DNA of 35,599 nucleotides from Candidatus Sulfobium sp. (GCA_037380845.1 JARRRI010000024.1:1-35599), one strand, 5' to 3'. Positions 1 through 11,517 are shown, counted from the first letter of the stretch. The notes: generated by a model from the letters alone, not told the origin. Numbers and translations are program-made.

Positions 1-239
1 AAGGGGGGAGGCACACCCCGTTTTTCAAGGGATACCGGCCGCAGTTTTACTTCCGTACGACTGACGTGACCGGAGTGGCGGAGCTTCCCGAGGGAGTGGA
101 GATGGTGATGCCGGGGGACCATGTGAGCCTGACAGCCGAACTGATATCTCCGATAGCGATGGAGAAGGAGCTCAGGTTCGCGATAAGAGAAGGCGGCCGC
201 ACGGTGGGTGCCGGTGTCGTTACCGAGGTACTGGAGTAA
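1..239 (+). CDS. tuf: Elongation factor Tu, C-terminal part (5' truncated by window)
   Basis: Frame from base 3 reads [24 protein letters not shown]...MVMPGD...[16 protein letters not shown], the EF-Tu domain III signature; TAA at 237-239. Not in the ORF track. Confidence 0.98.
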   Translation, partial: GGRHTPFFKGYRPQFYFRTTDVTGVAELPEGVEMVMPGDHVSLTAELISPIAMEKELRFAIREGGRTVGAGVVTEVLE

Positions 240-241
240 AC

Positions 242-547
242 GTGAATCAAAAAATCAGAATAAAACTGCGGGCTTACGATCACAGGGTGCTGGATCAGTC
301 CTTGAAGGAGATTGTCGACACGGCTCAGAGAACCGGGGCGCGGGTAGCAGGACCCGTACCTCTGCCGACACATGTGAACAAGATAACCGTTCTGCGCTCC
401 CCCCATGTGGACAAGAAGTCCAGGGAGCAGTTTGAAATCCGGACACATAAGAGGTTGATTGACATTCATGACGCAACTCCCCAGACCGTGGACGCCCTCA
501 TGAAGCTGGAGCTGGCGGCGGGGGTGGATGTGGAGATAAAGCTATGA
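242..547 (+). CDS. rpsJ: 30S ribosomal protein S10
   Basis: [15 protein letters not shown]...GPVPLPT...[16 protein letters not shown] start 2 nt after tuf stop. Confidence 0.98.
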   Translation: MNQKIRIKLRAYDHRVLDQSLKEIVDTAQRTGARVAGPVPLPTHVNKITVLRSPHVDKKSREQFEIRTHKRLIDIHDATPQTVDALMKLELAAGVDVEIKL

Positions 548-1167
548 CAGGGATTCTGGGGAAAAAACTTGGTATGACGCAGGTTTTTGATGAAAACGGC
601 AGGATGATGCCCGTTACCGTGGTAGAGGCCGGTCCTTGTTGCGTCACCCAGATCAAGACCGTCGACAGGGACGGCTATGAGGCGGTAAAGCTGGGATTTG
701 CGGAAATCAGGAAGGCGAAGCGGGTCAATAAGCCGACGGAGGGGGTGTTCAAGAAAGCCGGCCTTAAGCCTCATAAGATCCTGAAGGAATTCCCTATGGG
801 GGACGTAAAGGTGGGAGACATGGTGACGGTCGATAAGTTCCAGAAAGGCGATATTGTCACCGTCACGGGCATTTCCAAGGGAAAAGGCTTCCAGGGTGTC
901 ATGAAGCGGCATAACTATGCCGGCGGCCCCGGCTCCCACGGCTCAATGTTTAACAGGGCGCCCGGCTCGATCGGGCAGAGCTCCTATCCTTCGAGGGTCT
1001 TCAAGAACAAGGGCCTGCCGGGCCATATGGGGTCCGGAAGGGTCACGGTCAAGAACCTGAAGGTGGTGGACGTCAGGACTGAGCAGAACCTCCTTCTTAT
1101 CCTGGGTGCGTTGCCCGGCTCCAAAGGGACATATCTCGAAATTAGAAAGGGAAATCAGGATGCCTGA
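544..1167 (+). CDS. rplC: 50S ribosomal protein L3
   Basis: [13 protein letters not shown]...[13 protein letters not shown]...RAPGSIG; ATGA overlap with rpsJ. Confidence 0.98.
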   Translation: MTGILGKKLGMTQVFDENGRMMPVTVVEAGPCCVTQIKTVDRDGYEAVKLGFAEIRKAKRVNKPTEGVFKKAGLKPHKILKEFPMGDVKVGDMVTVDKFQKGDIVTVTGISKGKGFQGVMKRHNYAGGPGSHGSMFNRAPGSIGQSSYPSRVFKNKGLPGHMGSGRVTVKNLKVVDVRTEQNLLLILGALPGSKGTYLEIRKGNQDA

Positions 1168-1789
1168 AGTTGCGGTAAAAGATAAAGATAACAACCAGGT
1201 GGGGAAAATGGACCTGCCGGCGGATGTTTTCGGCATTAAGGTAAAAAAGGCCGTTATTCACGGGGCGGTGGTAAACTTCCTGGCGAACCAGCGGCAGGGT
1301 ACACACGCAACGAAAACAAAAGGGCTGGTCAGCGGAGGCGGCAAGAAACCCTGGAAACAGAAGCATACCGGCAGGGCGCGCTCCGGAAGCAACAGATCTC
1401 CGCTCTGGAGAGGCGGCGGGACGGTATTCGGCCCCCAGCCCAGGGACTATTCTTACGACATGCCCAGGAAGGCCAGAAGGCTGGCGCTGAAGGCGGCGCT
1501 GTCCGAAAAATTCGGCGCCGACGAGGTAACGGTTATTGAGGGCTTCGCGATGGAAAAGCCGAGAACGAAGGACATGGTTTCGATCCTCCGTAACCTCGAG
1601 CTCGACGGTAAGAGCACTCTCGTGGTGATACCTGAATACAACGAGGCCGTCCTGCTTTCAGGGAGGAACATCCCGGGTGTGACCGTTCGGCGGGCGTCCG
1701 ATCTCAATTCGTATGAAGTGATGGCGCACAGCAGGCTTTTGATGACCAGACAGGCGGCCGAGATATTAGCGGAGGTTGGGAAGAAATGA
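1160..1789 (+). CDS. rplD: 50S ribosomal protein L4
   Basis: RQGTHATKT...[19 protein letters not shown]...WRGGG; start taken at ATG 1160 (MPEVAV) rather than the ORF-track 1106. Confidence 0.97.
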   Translation: MPEVAVKDKDNNQVGKMDLPADVFGIKVKKAVIHGAVVNFLANQRQGTHATKTKGLVSGGGKKPWKQKHTGRARSGSNRSPLWRGGGTVFGPQPRDYSYDMPRKARRLALKAALSEKFGADEVTVIEGFAMEKPRTKDMVSILRNLELDGKSTLVVIPEYNEAVLLSGRNIPGVTVRRASDLNSYEVMAHSRLLMTRQAAEILAEVGKK

Positions 1790-2076
1790 AGGGTCTGTAT
1801 ACCATCATAAAGAGGCCGTTGTTTACGGAAAAAGGGACCGCCCTGAAAGAAGGGGAAAACAAGCTGCTTATTGAAGTCGACAAAGACGCGAACAAGGTTG
1901 AGATAAAGAAGGCTTTGGAAGAGATATTCAAGGTGAAGGTGGAGAAGGTCGCGACTATCAAGCGTTACGGCAAATGGAAGAGGTACGGCAAGTCCATAGG
2001 AAAGAGACCGGACAGAAAGAAGGCCTTGATTACTCTCAAGAAGGGAGAAAAACTTGATTTCATTGAGGGCGCATAA
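1786..2076 (+). CDS. rplW: 50S ribosomal protein L23
   Basis: [10 protein letters not shown]...[18 protein letters not shown]...KKALITLK; operon position. Confidence 0.97.
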   Translation: MKGLYTIIKRPLFTEKGTALKEGENKLLIEVDKDANKVEIKKALEEIFKVKVEKVATIKRYGKWKRYGKSIGKRPDRKKALITLKKGEKLDFIEGA

Positions 2077-2894
2077 TGGGCATTAAGAAATATAATCCGA
2101 CATCTCCCGGCAAGAGGTTCCGTTCGGTGATGGATTATGCGGAAGTCACTACGGATACACCCTGCAAATCGCTTGTAAGACCGCTGAAGAAGACCGGGGG
2201 GAGAAACAACATGGGGTGTGTGACCTCCTGGCAGCGGGGCGGAGGGAATAAGAGAAAATACAGGGTCATCGACTTCAAGCGGGACAAAGTGGGAGTGCCG
2301 GCGGTTGTAAGTTCGGTAGAATACGACCCCAACAGGTCCGCCCGTATCGCCCTTTTGAAATACAGGGACGGTGAAAAGAGGTACATTATTCTTCCTGTCG
2401 GAATAGGGGTGGGAGACGAAGTGGTTTCCGGGAGCGGCTCGGAAATAAAGACGGGCAATGCCCTTCCGCTCAGCGGCATTCCGCTCGGTACGTTTATCCA
2501 CAACGTTGAGCTCAGGCCCGGGCAGGGGGCAAAGATGGTCAGAAGCGCGGGTTCTTCCGCACAGCTGATTGCGAAAGAGGCGGACTATGTCCAGATCAAG
2601 ATGGCGTCCGGCGAGGTAAGAAGGGTGCCCGCAAAATGTATGGCGACTATCGGTCAGGTCAGCAATCCGGAGCATGAGAACATCTCCTCCGGCAAGGCCG
2701 GGCGGAAGAGATGGCTGGGCAAGAGGCCCCATGTGAGGGGCGTGGCCATGAACCCCATCGACCATCCTCTCGGCGGCGGTGAGGGAAGAAGCTCGGGCGG
2801 CAGGCCGCCCTGCACCCCGTGGGGCAAGCCGGAAGGCATAAAGACGAGGCGCAGCAAACGGACGGACATGTTTATTGTGAAGAGGAGGAAGTAA
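2076..2894 (+). CDS. rplB: 50S ribosomal protein L2
   Basis: GGRNNMG...[12 protein letters not shown]...[17 protein letters not shown]. Confidence 0.98.
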   Translation: MGIKKYNPTSPGKRFRSVMDYAEVTTDTPCKSLVRPLKKTGGRNNMGCVTSWQRGGGNKRKYRVIDFKRDKVGVPAVVSSVEYDPNRSARIALLKYRDGEKRYIILPVGIGVGDEVVSGSGSEIKTGNALPLSGIPLGTFIHNVELRPGQGAKMVRSAGSSAQLIAKEADYVQIKMASGEVRRVPAKCMATIGQVSNPEHENISSGKAGRKRWLGKRPHVRGVAMNPIDHPLGGGEGRSSGGRPPCTPWGKPEGIKTRRSKRTDMFIVKRRK

Positions 2895-2895
2895 A

Positions 2896-3180
2896 TTGCC
2901 ACGGTCACTGAAAAAAGGCCCTTATGTGGAAGAAAAACTGGCGAAGAAAGTGCACGAAATGACGGCGTCAGGAGAAAAGAAACTGATAAAGACATGGTCG
3001 AGGCGGTCAGTGATTTTGCCCGAATTCATAGGCTATACATTCGCCGTACACAACGGCAAAAAATTCATACCTGTGTACGTTACGGAGAATATGGTCGGAC
3101 ATAAGCTCGGTGAGTTTGCGTCGACCCGTACTTTCAGGGGCCATGCCGGTTCCGCAAAGACTACGTCGGTGAAGGGTTGA
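2896..3180 (+). CDS. rpsS: 30S ribosomal protein S19
   Basis: RSLKKGPYV...IKTWSRRS...GHKLGEF; TTG start after GGAGG. Confidence 0.98.
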   Translation: MPRSLKKGPYVEEKLAKKVHEMTASGEKKLIKTWSRRSVILPEFIGYTFAVHNGKKFIPVYVTENMVGHKLGEFASTRTFRGHAGSAKTTSVKG

Positions 3181-3184
3181 TATA

Positions 3185-3520
3185 ATGGAGTCCAGGTCAG
3201 TTTTAAGATACGCGAGAATTACCCCGAGAAAGGCCAGGAGGGTCGTCGACCTCATCAAGGGAAAGAAGGCGGGAGATGCGCTTCTGACCCTGAGGTTCAT
3301 GCCTTATAGAGGTGCACGATTCGTGGAGAAGATACTCAAGTCAGCGATGTCGAACGCTGAACAGAAGAATGCAAACGTTGATTCCGAAGCGATGATTATC
3401 AGCAAGGCCTTTGTCGACGACGGGTCGGTCATGAAACGCATAGAGCAGAGGGCCATGGGAAGGGCGAACGTGATCAAGAAGAAGACTTGCCATATAACGC
3501 TGATATTAACCGAGGAATAG
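3185..3520 (+). CDS. rplV: 50S ribosomal protein L22
   Basis: [17 protein letters not shown]...SAMSNA...RAMGRA. Confidence 0.97.
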   Translation: MESRSVLRYARITPRKARRVVDLIKGKKAGDALLTLRFMPYRGARFVEKILKSAMSNAEQKNANVDSEAMIISKAFVDDGSVMKRIEQRAMGRANVIKKKTCHITLILTEE

Positions 3521-3533
3521 TCAGGAGGACAAT

Positions 3534-4196
3534 TTGGGCCAGAAGACGCACCCTATAGGGATAAGACTTGGAATTACGAGAACCTGGGACTCCAGATGGT
3601 ATCTCGGCAAGGGCTATAAGGACCAGCTCGTCGAGGATATTACCATTAGAAAAGAGATAAAGGACAAACTGTTTCACGCCGGCGTCTCGAGGATTGAGAT
3701 TGAACGGGCTGGACAGAAAATGAGGGTGATCATTCATACCGCCAGGCCGGGCATCATAATCGGCAAGAAGGGAGCAGAAGTAGAGAAGCTGCGGAAGGAC
3801 CTTGAGCTGATAAGCGGGAAGCAGGTGTCAGTGGACATCAAGGAAATTCGCAAGCCCGAGATAGATGCTCAGCTGGTGGCGGAGAACATCGCTCTTCAGC
3901 TGGAAAAGAGGGTGGCCTTCAGGCGGGCGATGAAAAAGTCCGTCGCCTCGGCCCTGAGGTTCGGCGCACAGGGCATCAAGATAACCTGTTCGGGGAGGCT
4001 TGCAGGCGCCGAGATCGCGAGGACCGAATGGTACAGGGAGGGAAGGGTCCCCCTGCACACCTTCAGAGCCGATATAAATTATGGTTTCGCCCAGGCCAAG
4101 ACTACTTACGGCATAATAGGCGTGAAGGTCTGGGTTTACAGCGGCGACGTTCTGCCCGAGGCCACCAGGCCCGGGACCGAAGCCGTTGCCATATAA
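3534..4196 (+). CDS. rpsC: 30S ribosomal protein S3
   Basis: [13 protein letters not shown]...[10 protein letters not shown]...[15 protein letters not shown] start with AGGAGG SD. Confidence 0.98.
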   Translation: MGQKTHPIGIRLGITRTWDSRWYLGKGYKDQLVEDITIRKEIKDKLFHAGVSRIEIERAGQKMRVIIHTARPGIIIGKKGAEVEKLRKDLELISGKQVSVDIKEIRKPEIDAQLVAENIALQLEKRVAFRRAMKKSVASALRFGAQGIKITCSGRLAGAEIARTEWYREGRVPLHTFRADINYGFAQAKTTYGIIGVKVWVYSGDVLPEATRPGTEAVAI

Positions 4197-4210
4197 GGGA
4201 GTAATAAGCC

Positions 4211-4630
4211 ATGTTGATGCCCAAAAAGGTCAAGTTCAGAAAGATGCAGAAAGGCAATATGAACGGGAAGGCCTATACCGGATCGGAGGTCTCTTTCGGC
4301 GAGTATGCCTTGAAGGCTACCGAGCCGGGCTGGATAACGAGCAGGCAGATCGAGGCCGCAAGGATCGCGATCACCCGGCATGCGAAGAGAGGCTGCAAGG
4401 TATGGATAAGGATCTTTCCCGACAAGCCCATAACGAAGAAGCCGGCGGAAACAAGGATGGGAAAAGGAAAAGGCGCCCCGGAATACTGGGTCGCGGTTGT
4501 CAAGCCCGGCCGGATTATTTACGAGATGGCGGGGATACCTGAAACGGTCGCGAAGGAAGCGCTCAGGCTCGCTTCCCATAAACTTCCGATAGCAACGAAG
4601 TTTGTCAAACGGGAGGAGGGCGTGATATGA
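4211..4630 (+). CDS. rplP: 50S ribosomal protein L16
   Basis: [11 protein letters not shown]...QIEAARIA...RMGKGKG. Confidence 0.98.
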   Translation: MLMPKKVKFRKMQKGNMNGKAYTGSEVSFGEYALKATEPGWITSRQIEAARIAITRHAKRGCKVWIRIFPDKPITKKPAETRMGKGKGAPEYWVAVVKPGRIIYEMAGIPETVAKEALRLASHKLPIATKFVKREEGVI

Positions 4631-4839
4631 AGGCCGCGGAACTGAGGGAACTCTCGCAGGATGAACTCAAGGGAAAAGAGCAGGATATGAGAAGAGAGCT
4701 TTTCAATCTCAGGTTCCAGCAGGCCACGGGCGAGATAGAAAACCCGATGCGGATCCGCTCTCTCCGCAAAGATATCGCCAGGGTGTTGACGATTATGGCC
4801 GAAAAGAGCGGGCAACAGGGCGGCGCAGATGCGCGATAA
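4627..4839 (+). CDS. rpmC: 50S ribosomal protein L29
   Basis: [12 protein letters not shown]...[13 protein letters not shown]. Confidence 0.97.
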   Translation: MKAAELRELSQDELKGKEQDMRRELFNLRFQQATGEIENPMRIRSLRKDIARVLTIMAEKSGQQGGADAR

Positions 4840-4860
4840 AAATAGTTTTGGAAGGTAGAG

Positions 4861-5121
4861 ATGACTGATAAAACGTATACCGGCAGAGTGGTAAGCAACA
4901 AGATGGACAAGACGGTCGTGGTCGCAGTCACACGGCTTTTTCAGCATCCTGTTTACAAGAAGACCGTGAAGAATGTATCAAATTTCAAGGCTCACGACGA
5001 CAAGAACGAGTGCATGGTCGGGGACGAGGTAAAAATCATAGAGACCAGACCGATAAGCAAAGACAAGAGATGGAAGGTCCTTGAGATTATGAAGAGGTCG
5101 GCAAGGAGCGGCGAAAAATGA
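4861..5121 (+). CDS. rpsQ: 30S ribosomal protein S17
   Basis: [14 protein letters not shown]...KAHD...[18 protein letters not shown]. Confidence 0.97.
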   Translation: MTDKTYTGRVVSNKMDKTVVVAVTRLFQHPVYKKTVKNVSNFKAHDDKNECMVGDEVKIIETRPISKDKRWKVLEIMKRSARSGEK

Positions 5122-5486
5122 TCCAGCTCAGGAGCGTACTTGAAGTAGCAGACAATTCCGGTGCAAAGCGGGTTCGTTGCGTGAAGGTGCTCGGCGGTTC
5201 CCACCGAAAGTACGCGCGTCTGGGAGATGTGGTCGTGGTGAGCATCAAGGAGGCTCTGCCTGACAGCAATCTCAAGAAAGGGGCGGTTACAAAGGCCGTG
5301 GTGGTCCGCACCAGGAAAGAGGCCAGGAGGCCCGACGGGTCGTATATCCGCTTTGACCAGAATGCCGTTGTTTTGATAAATGCACAGGGCGAACCTGTGG
5401 GGACGAGAATATTCGGGCCCGTGGCCAGGGAGCTCAGGTGGCGCGACTATATGAAGATAATATCTCTTGCTCCAGAGGTACTGTAG
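5118..5486 (+). CDS. rplN: 50S ribosomal protein L14
   Basis: VADNSGAK...[13 protein letters not shown]...SLAPEVL. Confidence 0.98.
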   Translation: MIQLRSVLEVADNSGAKRVRCVKVLGGSHRKYARLGDVVVVSIKEALPDSNLKKGAVTKAVVVRTRKEARRPDGSYIRFDQNAVVLINAQGEPVGTRIFGPVARELRWRDYMKIISLAPEVL

Positions 5487-5494
5487 GAGGATAC

Positions 5495-5812
5495 ATGGGT
5501 TTAGGGATCAGGAAAGAGGATACTGTTTATGTTACTGCCGGCAAGTTCAGAGGCCGCCGCGGCAGGGTGCTCAAGGTCGATAGCGGCAAGGACAGGGTGT
5601 TGATAGAAAAGATCAATATCATCAAGAAGCATATGAAGCCGAACAAGACATATACTCAGGGCGGCATAATAGAGAAAGAGGCGCCCATACACCTTTCAAA
5701 CGTGATGCTGGTCTGCCCCAAGTGCGCCAAACCTACGAAGATCGGGGTGACCGTTCTCGAAAGCGGCAAGAAGCACCGCACATGCAAGAAATGCAAGGAG
5801 GTCATTGACTAA
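5495..5812 (+). CDS. rplX: 50S ribosomal protein L24
   Basis: [12 protein letters not shown]...[15 protein letters not shown]; start at ATG 5495 after AGGAGG; C-terminal CPKC...CKKC. Confidence 0.97.
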   Translation: MGLGIRKEDTVYVTAGKFRGRRGRVLKVDSGKDRVLIEKINIIKKHMKPNKTYTQGGIIEKEAPIHLSNVMLVCPKCAKPTKIGVTVLESGKKHRTCKKCKEVID

Positions 5813-5814
5813 TA

Positions 5815-6357
5815 ATGGCTCCACGACTCAAAGATACGTATAAAAACCAGATCGTGCCCGAGATGATGAAGCAGTTTTCCTATGCCAACGTCATGCAGGT
5901 TCCGAAAGTAGAAAAAATCGTGCTGAACGTAGGTCTTGGTGAGGCGATCCAGAACATCAAGGTCCTCGACGCGGCGCAGAAGGAACTGGAGATGATCACC
6001 GGACAGAAGTCCGTGGTAACGAAGGCCAGAAAGTCGATCGCGACATTTAAACTGAGGAAGGGCATGCCGATCGGGTGCAAGGTGACGCTGAGGGGCGGCA
6101 GGATGTACGAGTTCCTCGACCGGCTGATAAGCGTTGCGCTGCCGAGAATAAGGGACTTCAGGGGCATTTCCGGTAAGTCTTTTGACGGAAGAGGAAACTA
6201 TGCGCTCGGCATAAGGGAGCAGATAATCTTTCCCGAAATAGACTACGAGAAGGTGGAGATGGTGCACGGGCTTGATATTAATATTTGCACGTCCGCGGGT
6301 AACGACAAGGAGAGCAAGGCGCTCCTGCGCCTCCTCGGTATCCCGTTCAGAAACTAG
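5815..6357 (+). CDS. rplE: 50S ribosomal protein L5
   Basis: [11 protein letters not shown]...GCKVTLRG...LPRIRDFRG...QIIFPEI. Confidence 0.98.
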   Translation: MAPRLKDTYKNQIVPEMMKQFSYANVMQVPKVEKIVLNVGLGEAIQNIKVLDAAQKELEMITGQKSVVTKARKSIATFKLRKGMPIGCKVTLRGGRMYEFLDRLISVALPRIRDFRGISGKSFDGRGNYALGIREQIIFPEIDYEKVEMVHGLDINICTSAGNDKESKALLRLLGIPFRN

Positions 6358-6368
6358 CGAGGTCCATT

Positions 6369-6554
6369 ATGGCGAAGAAGAGCATCATAGAGAAATCGAA
6401 GAGGAAGCCCAAATTTGAAGTCAGGGCATACAACAGGTGTAAATTGTGCGGCAGGCCGAGAGGCTATCTGAGGCAATTCGGGATGTGCCGTATCTGTTTC
6501 AGAACGCTGGCGCTCCGCGGGCAGATACCCGGGGTGACGAAGTCGAGCTGGTAG
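6369..6554 (+). CDS. rpsN: 30S ribosomal protein S14, short zinc-binding (type Z) form
   Basis: 61 aa; [10 protein letters not shown]...CRICFR...IPGVTKSSW. Confidence 0.97.
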   Translation: MAKKSIIEKSKRKPKFEVRAYNRCKLCGRPRGYLRQFGMCRICFRTLALRGQIPGVTKSSW

Positions 6555-6574
6555 CCGGCAGCGAGGAGGTACGA

Positions 6575-6970
6575 ATGTTAACAGACCCGATAGCAGACAT
6601 GCTCACAAGGATAAGAAACGCGGTCCTCATAAGGGCCGAAAAGGTTGATATACCCGCTTCGAGGATGAAGCTGGAGATCGCAAAGATTCTGAAGGAAGAA
6701 GGGTTCATACGGGCCTATAAGATACTGAAAGACAAGAAGCAGGGTATTCTGAGGATAACCCTCAAGTATACGCAGAACGGCGAGGCGGTGCTCTCCGGCC
6801 TTAAGAAGGTGAGTAAGCCCGGCAGAAGGGTCTATGCCGGCAAGGATGAAATCCCCAGCGTGATGGGAGGCGTGGGCATCTCCATAATTTCCACATCCAG
6901 GGGAGTTCTGGGAGACAAGTCGTGCCGGCGTGAGAAGGTGGGCGGAGAAGTCCTCTGCTATATCTGGTAA
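6575..6970 (+). CDS. rpsH: 30S ribosomal protein S8
   Basis: [14 protein letters not shown]...SKPGRRVY...STSRG...GGEVLCYIW; start at ATG 6575 after GAGGAGG. Confidence 0.98.
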   Translation: MLTDPIADMLTRIRNAVLIRAEKVDIPASRMKLEIAKILKEEGFIRAYKILKDKKQGILRITLKYTQNGEAVLSGLKKVSKPGRRVYAGKDEIPSVMGGVGISIISTSRGVLGDKSCRREKVGGEVLCYIW

Positions 6971-6982
6971 AGGAGAATCAGG

Positions 6983-7525
6983 ATGTCGAGAATCGGAAAG
7001 AAACCAGTAGATATTCCGGCGGGTGTAGACGTGAAACTGCTGGATAGCCATATAACGGTGAAAGGGCCGAAGGGAGAGCTCAGCTGGGACGTTCCTGCCG
7101 GGGCTGTCGTATCGGTCAGGGACAACAGTCTGATTATCGAGAAAACGGAAGACATCAAGAAGGTAAGGGCGTTGCACGGCTTGGCCAGAAGCATTATCGC
7201 CAATATGGTGCACGGGGTGACCCAGGGCTACCAGCGCGTCCTCGACATCACCGGTGTCGGATACAGGGCACAGGTCCAGGGGGGGAAAATTCTCCTTTCG
7301 CTGGGATATTCACACCCTGTGGAGTTTCAACTTCCTGAAGGGATAAGCGCCGCGGTGGACCAGAGGCAGACGCAGATTACTCTTAGCGGCATTGACAAGC
7401 AGAGAATAGGACAGGCGGCGGCAGATCTCCGGTCCCTCAGAGTTCCGGACGCGTATAAAGGCAAGGGCATCCGATATTCCGGCGCAAGGCTGAAGCTGAA
7501 GGTCGGCAAAACCGGGAAGAAATAA
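6983..7525 (+). CDS. rplF: 50S ribosomal protein L6
   Basis: MSRIGKKP...GVGYRA...LGYSHP...PDAYKGKGIRY. Confidence 0.98.
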   Translation: MSRIGKKPVDIPAGVDVKLLDSHITVKGPKGELSWDVPAGAVVSVRDNSLIIEKTEDIKKVRALHGLARSIIANMVHGVTQGYQRVLDITGVGYRAQVQGGKILLSLGYSHPVEFQLPEGISAAVDQRQTQITLSGIDKQRIGQAAADLRSLRVPDAYKGKGIRYSGARLKLKVGKTGKK

Positions 7526-7582
7526 CTGTATGCATACGGCATAAAGGACTTTGGATTTAACATACAGACGCAGGAGGCGAGA

Positions 7583-7945
7583 TTGGTAAAGAGCAGGGAA
7601 GCAGGCAGACAGCGGCGCCATAGCCGGACCAGAAAGAAAGTATCCGGGCTGAAAGAGAGGCCGAGGCTCTCCGTTTACAGGAGTTTGAACCACACATATG
7701 CGCAGATTATCGACGATACCGAAGGAAGAACGCTGGTGTCCGCCTCCAGTCTCGGCAGTCATACGAAGGATACGAAACAGCATAAGGGCAATATCACGAC
7801 TGCACGGGAGGTAGGAACCCTCCTTGGGAACAAGGCCCGGGAGAAAGGCATTACGAAGGTCGTTTTTGACAGAAGCGGGTATCTTTATCATGGAAGGATC
7901 AAGGCGCTGGCCGAGGCGGCGAGAGAGGCCGGACTGGAGTTTTAA
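7583..7945 (+). CDS. rplR: 50S ribosomal protein L18
   Basis: RPRLSVYRS...[31 protein letters not shown] start. Confidence 0.98.
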   Translation: MVKSREAGRQRRHSRTRKKVSGLKERPRLSVYRSLNHTYAQIIDDTEGRTLVSASSLGSHTKDTKQHKGNITTAREVGTLLGNKAREKGITKVVFDRSGYLYHGRIKALAEAAREAGLEF

Positions 7946-7975
7946 TATGATCGAAAACTGTTCAAAGGAGGTAAG

Positions 7976-8485
7976 GTGGGAAGGATTGACCCCGAAGGTT
8001 TAACCTTAAAGGACAAGGTCGTTTACATAAACAGGGTAGCGAAGGTTGTGAAGGGCGGAAGGCGTTTCTCCTTCAGCGCCCTGGTGGTCGTCGGAGACGG
8101 CGAGGGGACGGTAGGCATGGGAAAGGGCAAGGCGTCGGAAGTCCCCGAGGCGATCAGGAAGGCGGTGGAGCAGGCGAAGAAATCCCTTCTGAAGTTCCCT
8201 CTGAGAGACGGTACGATACCCCATAGGATTATCGGTCGGTTCGGGTCCGGAACAGTCATAATGAACCCCGCTCAGAAAGGGACCGGCCTTATTGCCGGGG
8301 GAGCTGTCAGGGCCATTCTTGAAGTGGCCGGGATACAGGATATTGTGGCGAAATCGCTTGGCAACCATAACCCTTTCAATACGGTGCAGGCGACGATCAA
8401 CGGTCTGGTGAACCTCAAGGACCCCGAATACGTGGTGAAGCTCAGGGGCAAAGGCGAGGAAGAGGTGCAGGAGGCAAACGGCTAA
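7976..8485 (+). CDS. rpsE: 30S ribosomal protein S5
   Basis: [16 protein letters not shown]...[14 protein letters not shown] start after AGGAGG. Confidence 0.98.
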   Translation: MGRIDPEGLTLKDKVVYINRVAKVVKGGRRFSFSALVVVGDGEGTVGMGKGKASEVPEAIRKAVEQAKKSLLKFPLRDGTIPHRIIGRFGSGTVIMNPAQKGTGLIAGGAVRAILEVAGIQDIVAKSLGNHNPFNTVQATINGLVNLKDPEYVVKLRGKGEEEVQEANG

Positions 8486-8665
8486 ATGTTGCGAATAATT
8501 TTGAAACGCAGTCATATCGGGATTCCCCGGGATCAGAGGAAGGTCCTCGAGGCGCTCGGGTTGAAGAAGATCGGAAAGGTCGTGAGTAAGGCCGACAATG
8601 ATTCGACAAGGGGCATGATAAACAAGGTTTCCCACCTGATAGCCGTGGAAAAAACCGAAGAATAG
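8486..8665 (+). CDS. rpmD: 50S ribosomal protein L30
   Basis: Hand translation (59 aa, missing from ORF track): [12 protein letters not shown]...[13 protein letters not shown]...[14 protein letters not shown]; between rpsE and rplO. Confidence 0.95.
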   Translation: MLRIILKRSHIGIPRDQRKVLEALGLKKIGKVVSKADNDSTRGMINKVSHLIAVEKTEE

Positions 8666-8685
8666 TCTGGAGGATTGGCTTTACT

Positions 8686-9126
8686 ATGAAGATCGAAGAC
8701 TTAAGACCGGCTGCTGGAAGCAGAAAGCGGACCAAAAGGATAGGAAGGGGCGTCGGCTCCGGACTCGGGAAGACTTCGGGGAAAGGGCACAAGGGCCAGA
8801 AGGCCAGATCGGGCGGCGGCACCGGCCCCGGATTTGAGGGCGGACAGATGCCCATGCAGAGGAGACTTCCCAAGAGAGGTTTTAAGAACAGGTTCGGCAT
8901 AGAATATGCGGTTGTGAACCTCGACAGGATCAACGATCTGAAAGACTACAATGAAATAACTCCCGAGCTTCTTTTGGAAAAGAGGGTAGTAAGGGATATA
9001 AAGGACGGCATCAAGATACTGGGGAATGGAAAGATAGAAAGGGCGGTCACTGTAAAGGCCACGGCGTTCAGCGCCTCTGCGACGGAAAAGATTGCGGCCG
9101 CCGGCGGCAGGACCGAGGTGATCTAG
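8686..9126 (+). CDS. rplO: 50S ribosomal protein L15
   Basis: [26 protein letters not shown]...[15 protein letters not shown]. Confidence 0.98.
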   Translation: MKIEDLRPAAGSRKRTKRIGRGVGSGLGKTSGKGHKGQKARSGGGTGPGFEGGQMPMQRRLPKRGFKNRFGIEYAVVNLDRINDLKDYNEITPELLLEKRVVRDIKDGIKILGNGKIERAVTVKATAFSASATEKIAAAGGRTEVI

Positions 9127-9127
9127 A

Positions 9128-10435
9128 TTGCGCCTTGTCTCGATCTTCCAGAACATATTCAAGATAACCGAGCTTAAAAACAGGATCCTTTTTACGCTGG
9201 CCCTTCTGGCCGTGTATAGAATCGGCTGCCACGTACCCACCCCTGGAATTAACGGAGACCAGCTGAGCAAGTTCCTGGCGGCAAAGGGCGGCGCCGTCAT
9301 GGGATTTTTCGACATGTTCTCCGGCGGCGCACTGTCGAAGGTTACGATTTTTGCCCTCGGGATCATGCCCTATATCAGCGCTTCGATCATCATGCAGCTG
9401 CTTACGGTCGTCATACCCGCAATCGGGAAACTCGCCAAGGAGGGGGAGGAAGGCCATAAGATAATCACTAAATATACACGTTACGGCACCATTCTCATCA
9501 GTGCCATACAGTCCTTCGGCATCGCCGTCGGACTGGAGGGCATGGCTCAGGGACAGTTCGTTACCAACCCGGGATGGTCGTTCAGGCTGATAACGATGAT
9601 AACGCTGACATCGGGGACTGCCTTTATCATGTGGCTGGGAGAGCAGATTACCGAGAGGGGGATAGGAAACGGCATATCTCTTATTATATTTGCCGCAATC
9701 GTGGCGCGCTTTCCGTCGGCGGTGGTCAGTACGGTCAGGCTGCTGCAGGCCGGGGAGCTTTCCCTTCTTTTTCTCATTTTCCTGTTCGTACTGATGGTCG
9801 CGGTGATCGGGGCCATAATATACATGGAAAAGGGACAAAGGAAGATACCCGTCCAGTACGCCAAAAGGGTCGTGGGCAGGAAGGTATACGGCGGCCAGTC
9901 CACTCACCTGCCGCTTAAGATAAATACCGCCGGGGTTATCCCGCCGATTTTTGCTTCGTCCATTATCATGTTTCCGGCGACGGTTGCAGGATTTATTGCC
10001 ATTCCGTGGGTGCAGTCGCTGGCCCGGCACATGTCTCCCGGAACGGTCTCATATACCGTTCTGTATGTCAGCATGATCTTTTTCTTCTCCTATTTCTATA
10101 CGGCTATTGTATTCAATCCCGTTGATATTGCGGACAACCTCAAGAAATACGGAGGCTACATACCGGGCATACGACCCGGACAGAAGACTTCCGAATATCT
10201 TTACCGTGTTCTGTCGAGGCTGACCTTTGTGGGCTCCATTTACCTCGCCATAGTCTGCGTAATACCCGAGATACTTATAACAAAATTCGGGGTACCGTTT
10301 TATTTTGGCGGTACGTCCCTTCTGATTGCTGTTGGTGTAGCGCTCGATACTGTCTCGCAGATTGAGTCCCATCTGGTTACCAGATCCTATGAGGGGTTCC
10401 TGAAGAAAGGGAAATTCCGGGGCAGACGCGCCTGA
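9128..10435 (+). CDS. secY: Preprotein translocase subunit SecY
   Basis: IFALGIMPYISASIIMQLL, WLGEQITERGIGNGISL, IPGIRPG, FGGTSLLI; ~10 TM; TTG start. Confidence 0.98.
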   Translation: MRLVSIFQNIFKITELKNRILFTLALLAVYRIGCHVPTPGINGDQLSKFLAAKGGAVMGFFDMFSGGALSKVTIFALGIMPYISASIIMQLLTVVIPAIGKLAKEGEEGHKIITKYTRYGTILISAIQSFGIAVGLEGMAQGQFVTNPGWSFRLITMITLTSGTAFIMWLGEQITERGIGNGISLIIFAAIVARFPSAVVSTVRLLQAGELSLLFLIFLFVLMVAVIGAIIYMEKGQRKIPVQYAKRVVGRKVYGGQSTHLPLKINTAGVIPPIFASSIIMFPATVAGFIAIPWVQSLARHMSPGTVSYTVLYVSMIFFFSYFYTAIVFNPVDIADNLKKYGGYIPGIRPGQKTSEYLYRVLSRLTFVGSIYLAIVCVIPEILITKFGVPFYFGGTSLLIAVGVALDTVSQIESHLVTRSYEGFLKKGKFRGRRA

Positions 10436-10502
10436 TGCCAAAGTTGTCCATATATCGGCCGCAATATCAACGACCGAGCTGAAACAGAAGCAGAGAAATC
10501 CG

Positions 10503-11252
10503 GTGATTATCCTGAAGTCTCGGGAAGAGATACAAAAAATGGCCGATGCAGGCCGGATAGTGGGAGAGATACTGGAGTCCTTGAAGGAAATAGTTGCCGC
10601 AGGTATGACTACAAGGGAGATCGAGACTTATGCAGTCGAGCGCATAAGGGCCCGTGGAGGGTTGCCGGCGTTCAAGGGATACAGGGGCTATCCGGGCAGC
10701 ATCTGCACGTCGGTAAACGAACAGGTTGTGCACGGCATACCTTCATCCCGCAAACTGAAGGAAGGGGACATAGTCAGTATTGACCTGGGAGTATATATGA
10801 ACGGCTTTTATGGCGATGCCGCGGTGACGATACCGATAGGGACCGTCTCCGGGAAGGATGCCGAGCTGATCAGGGTTACTGAAGAGGCCCTTTACCGGGG
10901 GCTCGAGAATGTTGTGGAGGGAAAACGCCTTTACGATATATCCAGTGCGATTCAGAAACATGTCGAGGGGCACGGGTTTTCCGTGGTGAAGCTCTTTGTC
11001 GGCCATGGGATCGGGCGGGAGTTGCATGAAGAACCGCAGGTGCCCAATTATGGAACGGCGGGACACGGCCCCCGCCTCAGGGAGGGAATGGCGCTTGCCA
11101 TAGAGCCGATGGTGAACGCGGGATCCCACGATGTGAAGATACTTGATGACGGGTGGACGGCTGTGACGGTGGACGGCCGAAAGTCAGCTCATTTTGAGCA
11201 TACCGTCGTGGTAACATCGGGAAGTCCGCTTATCTTGACTAAAGTAAACTAA
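10503..11252 (+). CDS. map: Methionine aminopeptidase type I
   Basis: CTSVNEQVVHGIP, GHGIGRELHEEP, AIEPM, SAHFEHT metal-binding motifs; GTG start. Confidence 0.97.
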   Translation: MIILKSREEIQKMADAGRIVGEILESLKEIVAAGMTTREIETYAVERIRARGGLPAFKGYRGYPGSICTSVNEQVVHGIPSSRKLKEGDIVSIDLGVYMNGFYGDAAVTIPIGTVSGKDAELIRVTEEALYRGLENVVEGKRLYDISSAIQKHVEGHGFSVVKLFVGHGIGRELHEEPQVPNYGTAGHGPRLREGMALAIEPMVNAGSHDVKILDDGWTAVTVDGRKSAHFEHTVVVTSGSPLILTKVN

Positions 11253-11273
11253 GACGACTATAATATTTGTTTC

Positions 11274-11492
11274 ATGGCGAAAGAAGATAACATCGAAGTG
11301 CAGGGGACGGTCCTCGAGACCCTGCCGAATGCCACTTTCAAGGTGGAGCTTGAAAACGGGCAGACGATCCTTGCCTACGTCTCCGGCAAGATGCGGATGC
11401 ACTTCATCAAGATCCTGCCGGGAGACAAGGTTACGGTGGAACTATCGCCCTACGATCTCACTAAGGGTCGAATTACATACAGGTTCAAATAG
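11274..11492 (+). CDS. infA: Translation initiation factor IF-1
   Basis: [11 protein letters not shown]...[13 protein letters not shown]...SGKMR...[13 protein letters not shown]. Confidence 0.98.
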   Translation: MAKEDNIEVQGTVLETLPNATFKVELENGQTILAYVSGKMRMHFIKILPGDKVTVELSPYDLTKGRITYRFK

Positions 11493-11517
11493 TTATGTTT
11501 AATGATAAGGAGTGACC

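Noticed and set aside
7526..7567. CTGTATG...CATACAG inverted repeat and near-palindrome in the rplF-rplR spacer
   Set aside because: Short stem, no U-tract, no match to a leader I can name; may be a processing hairpin but unsupported
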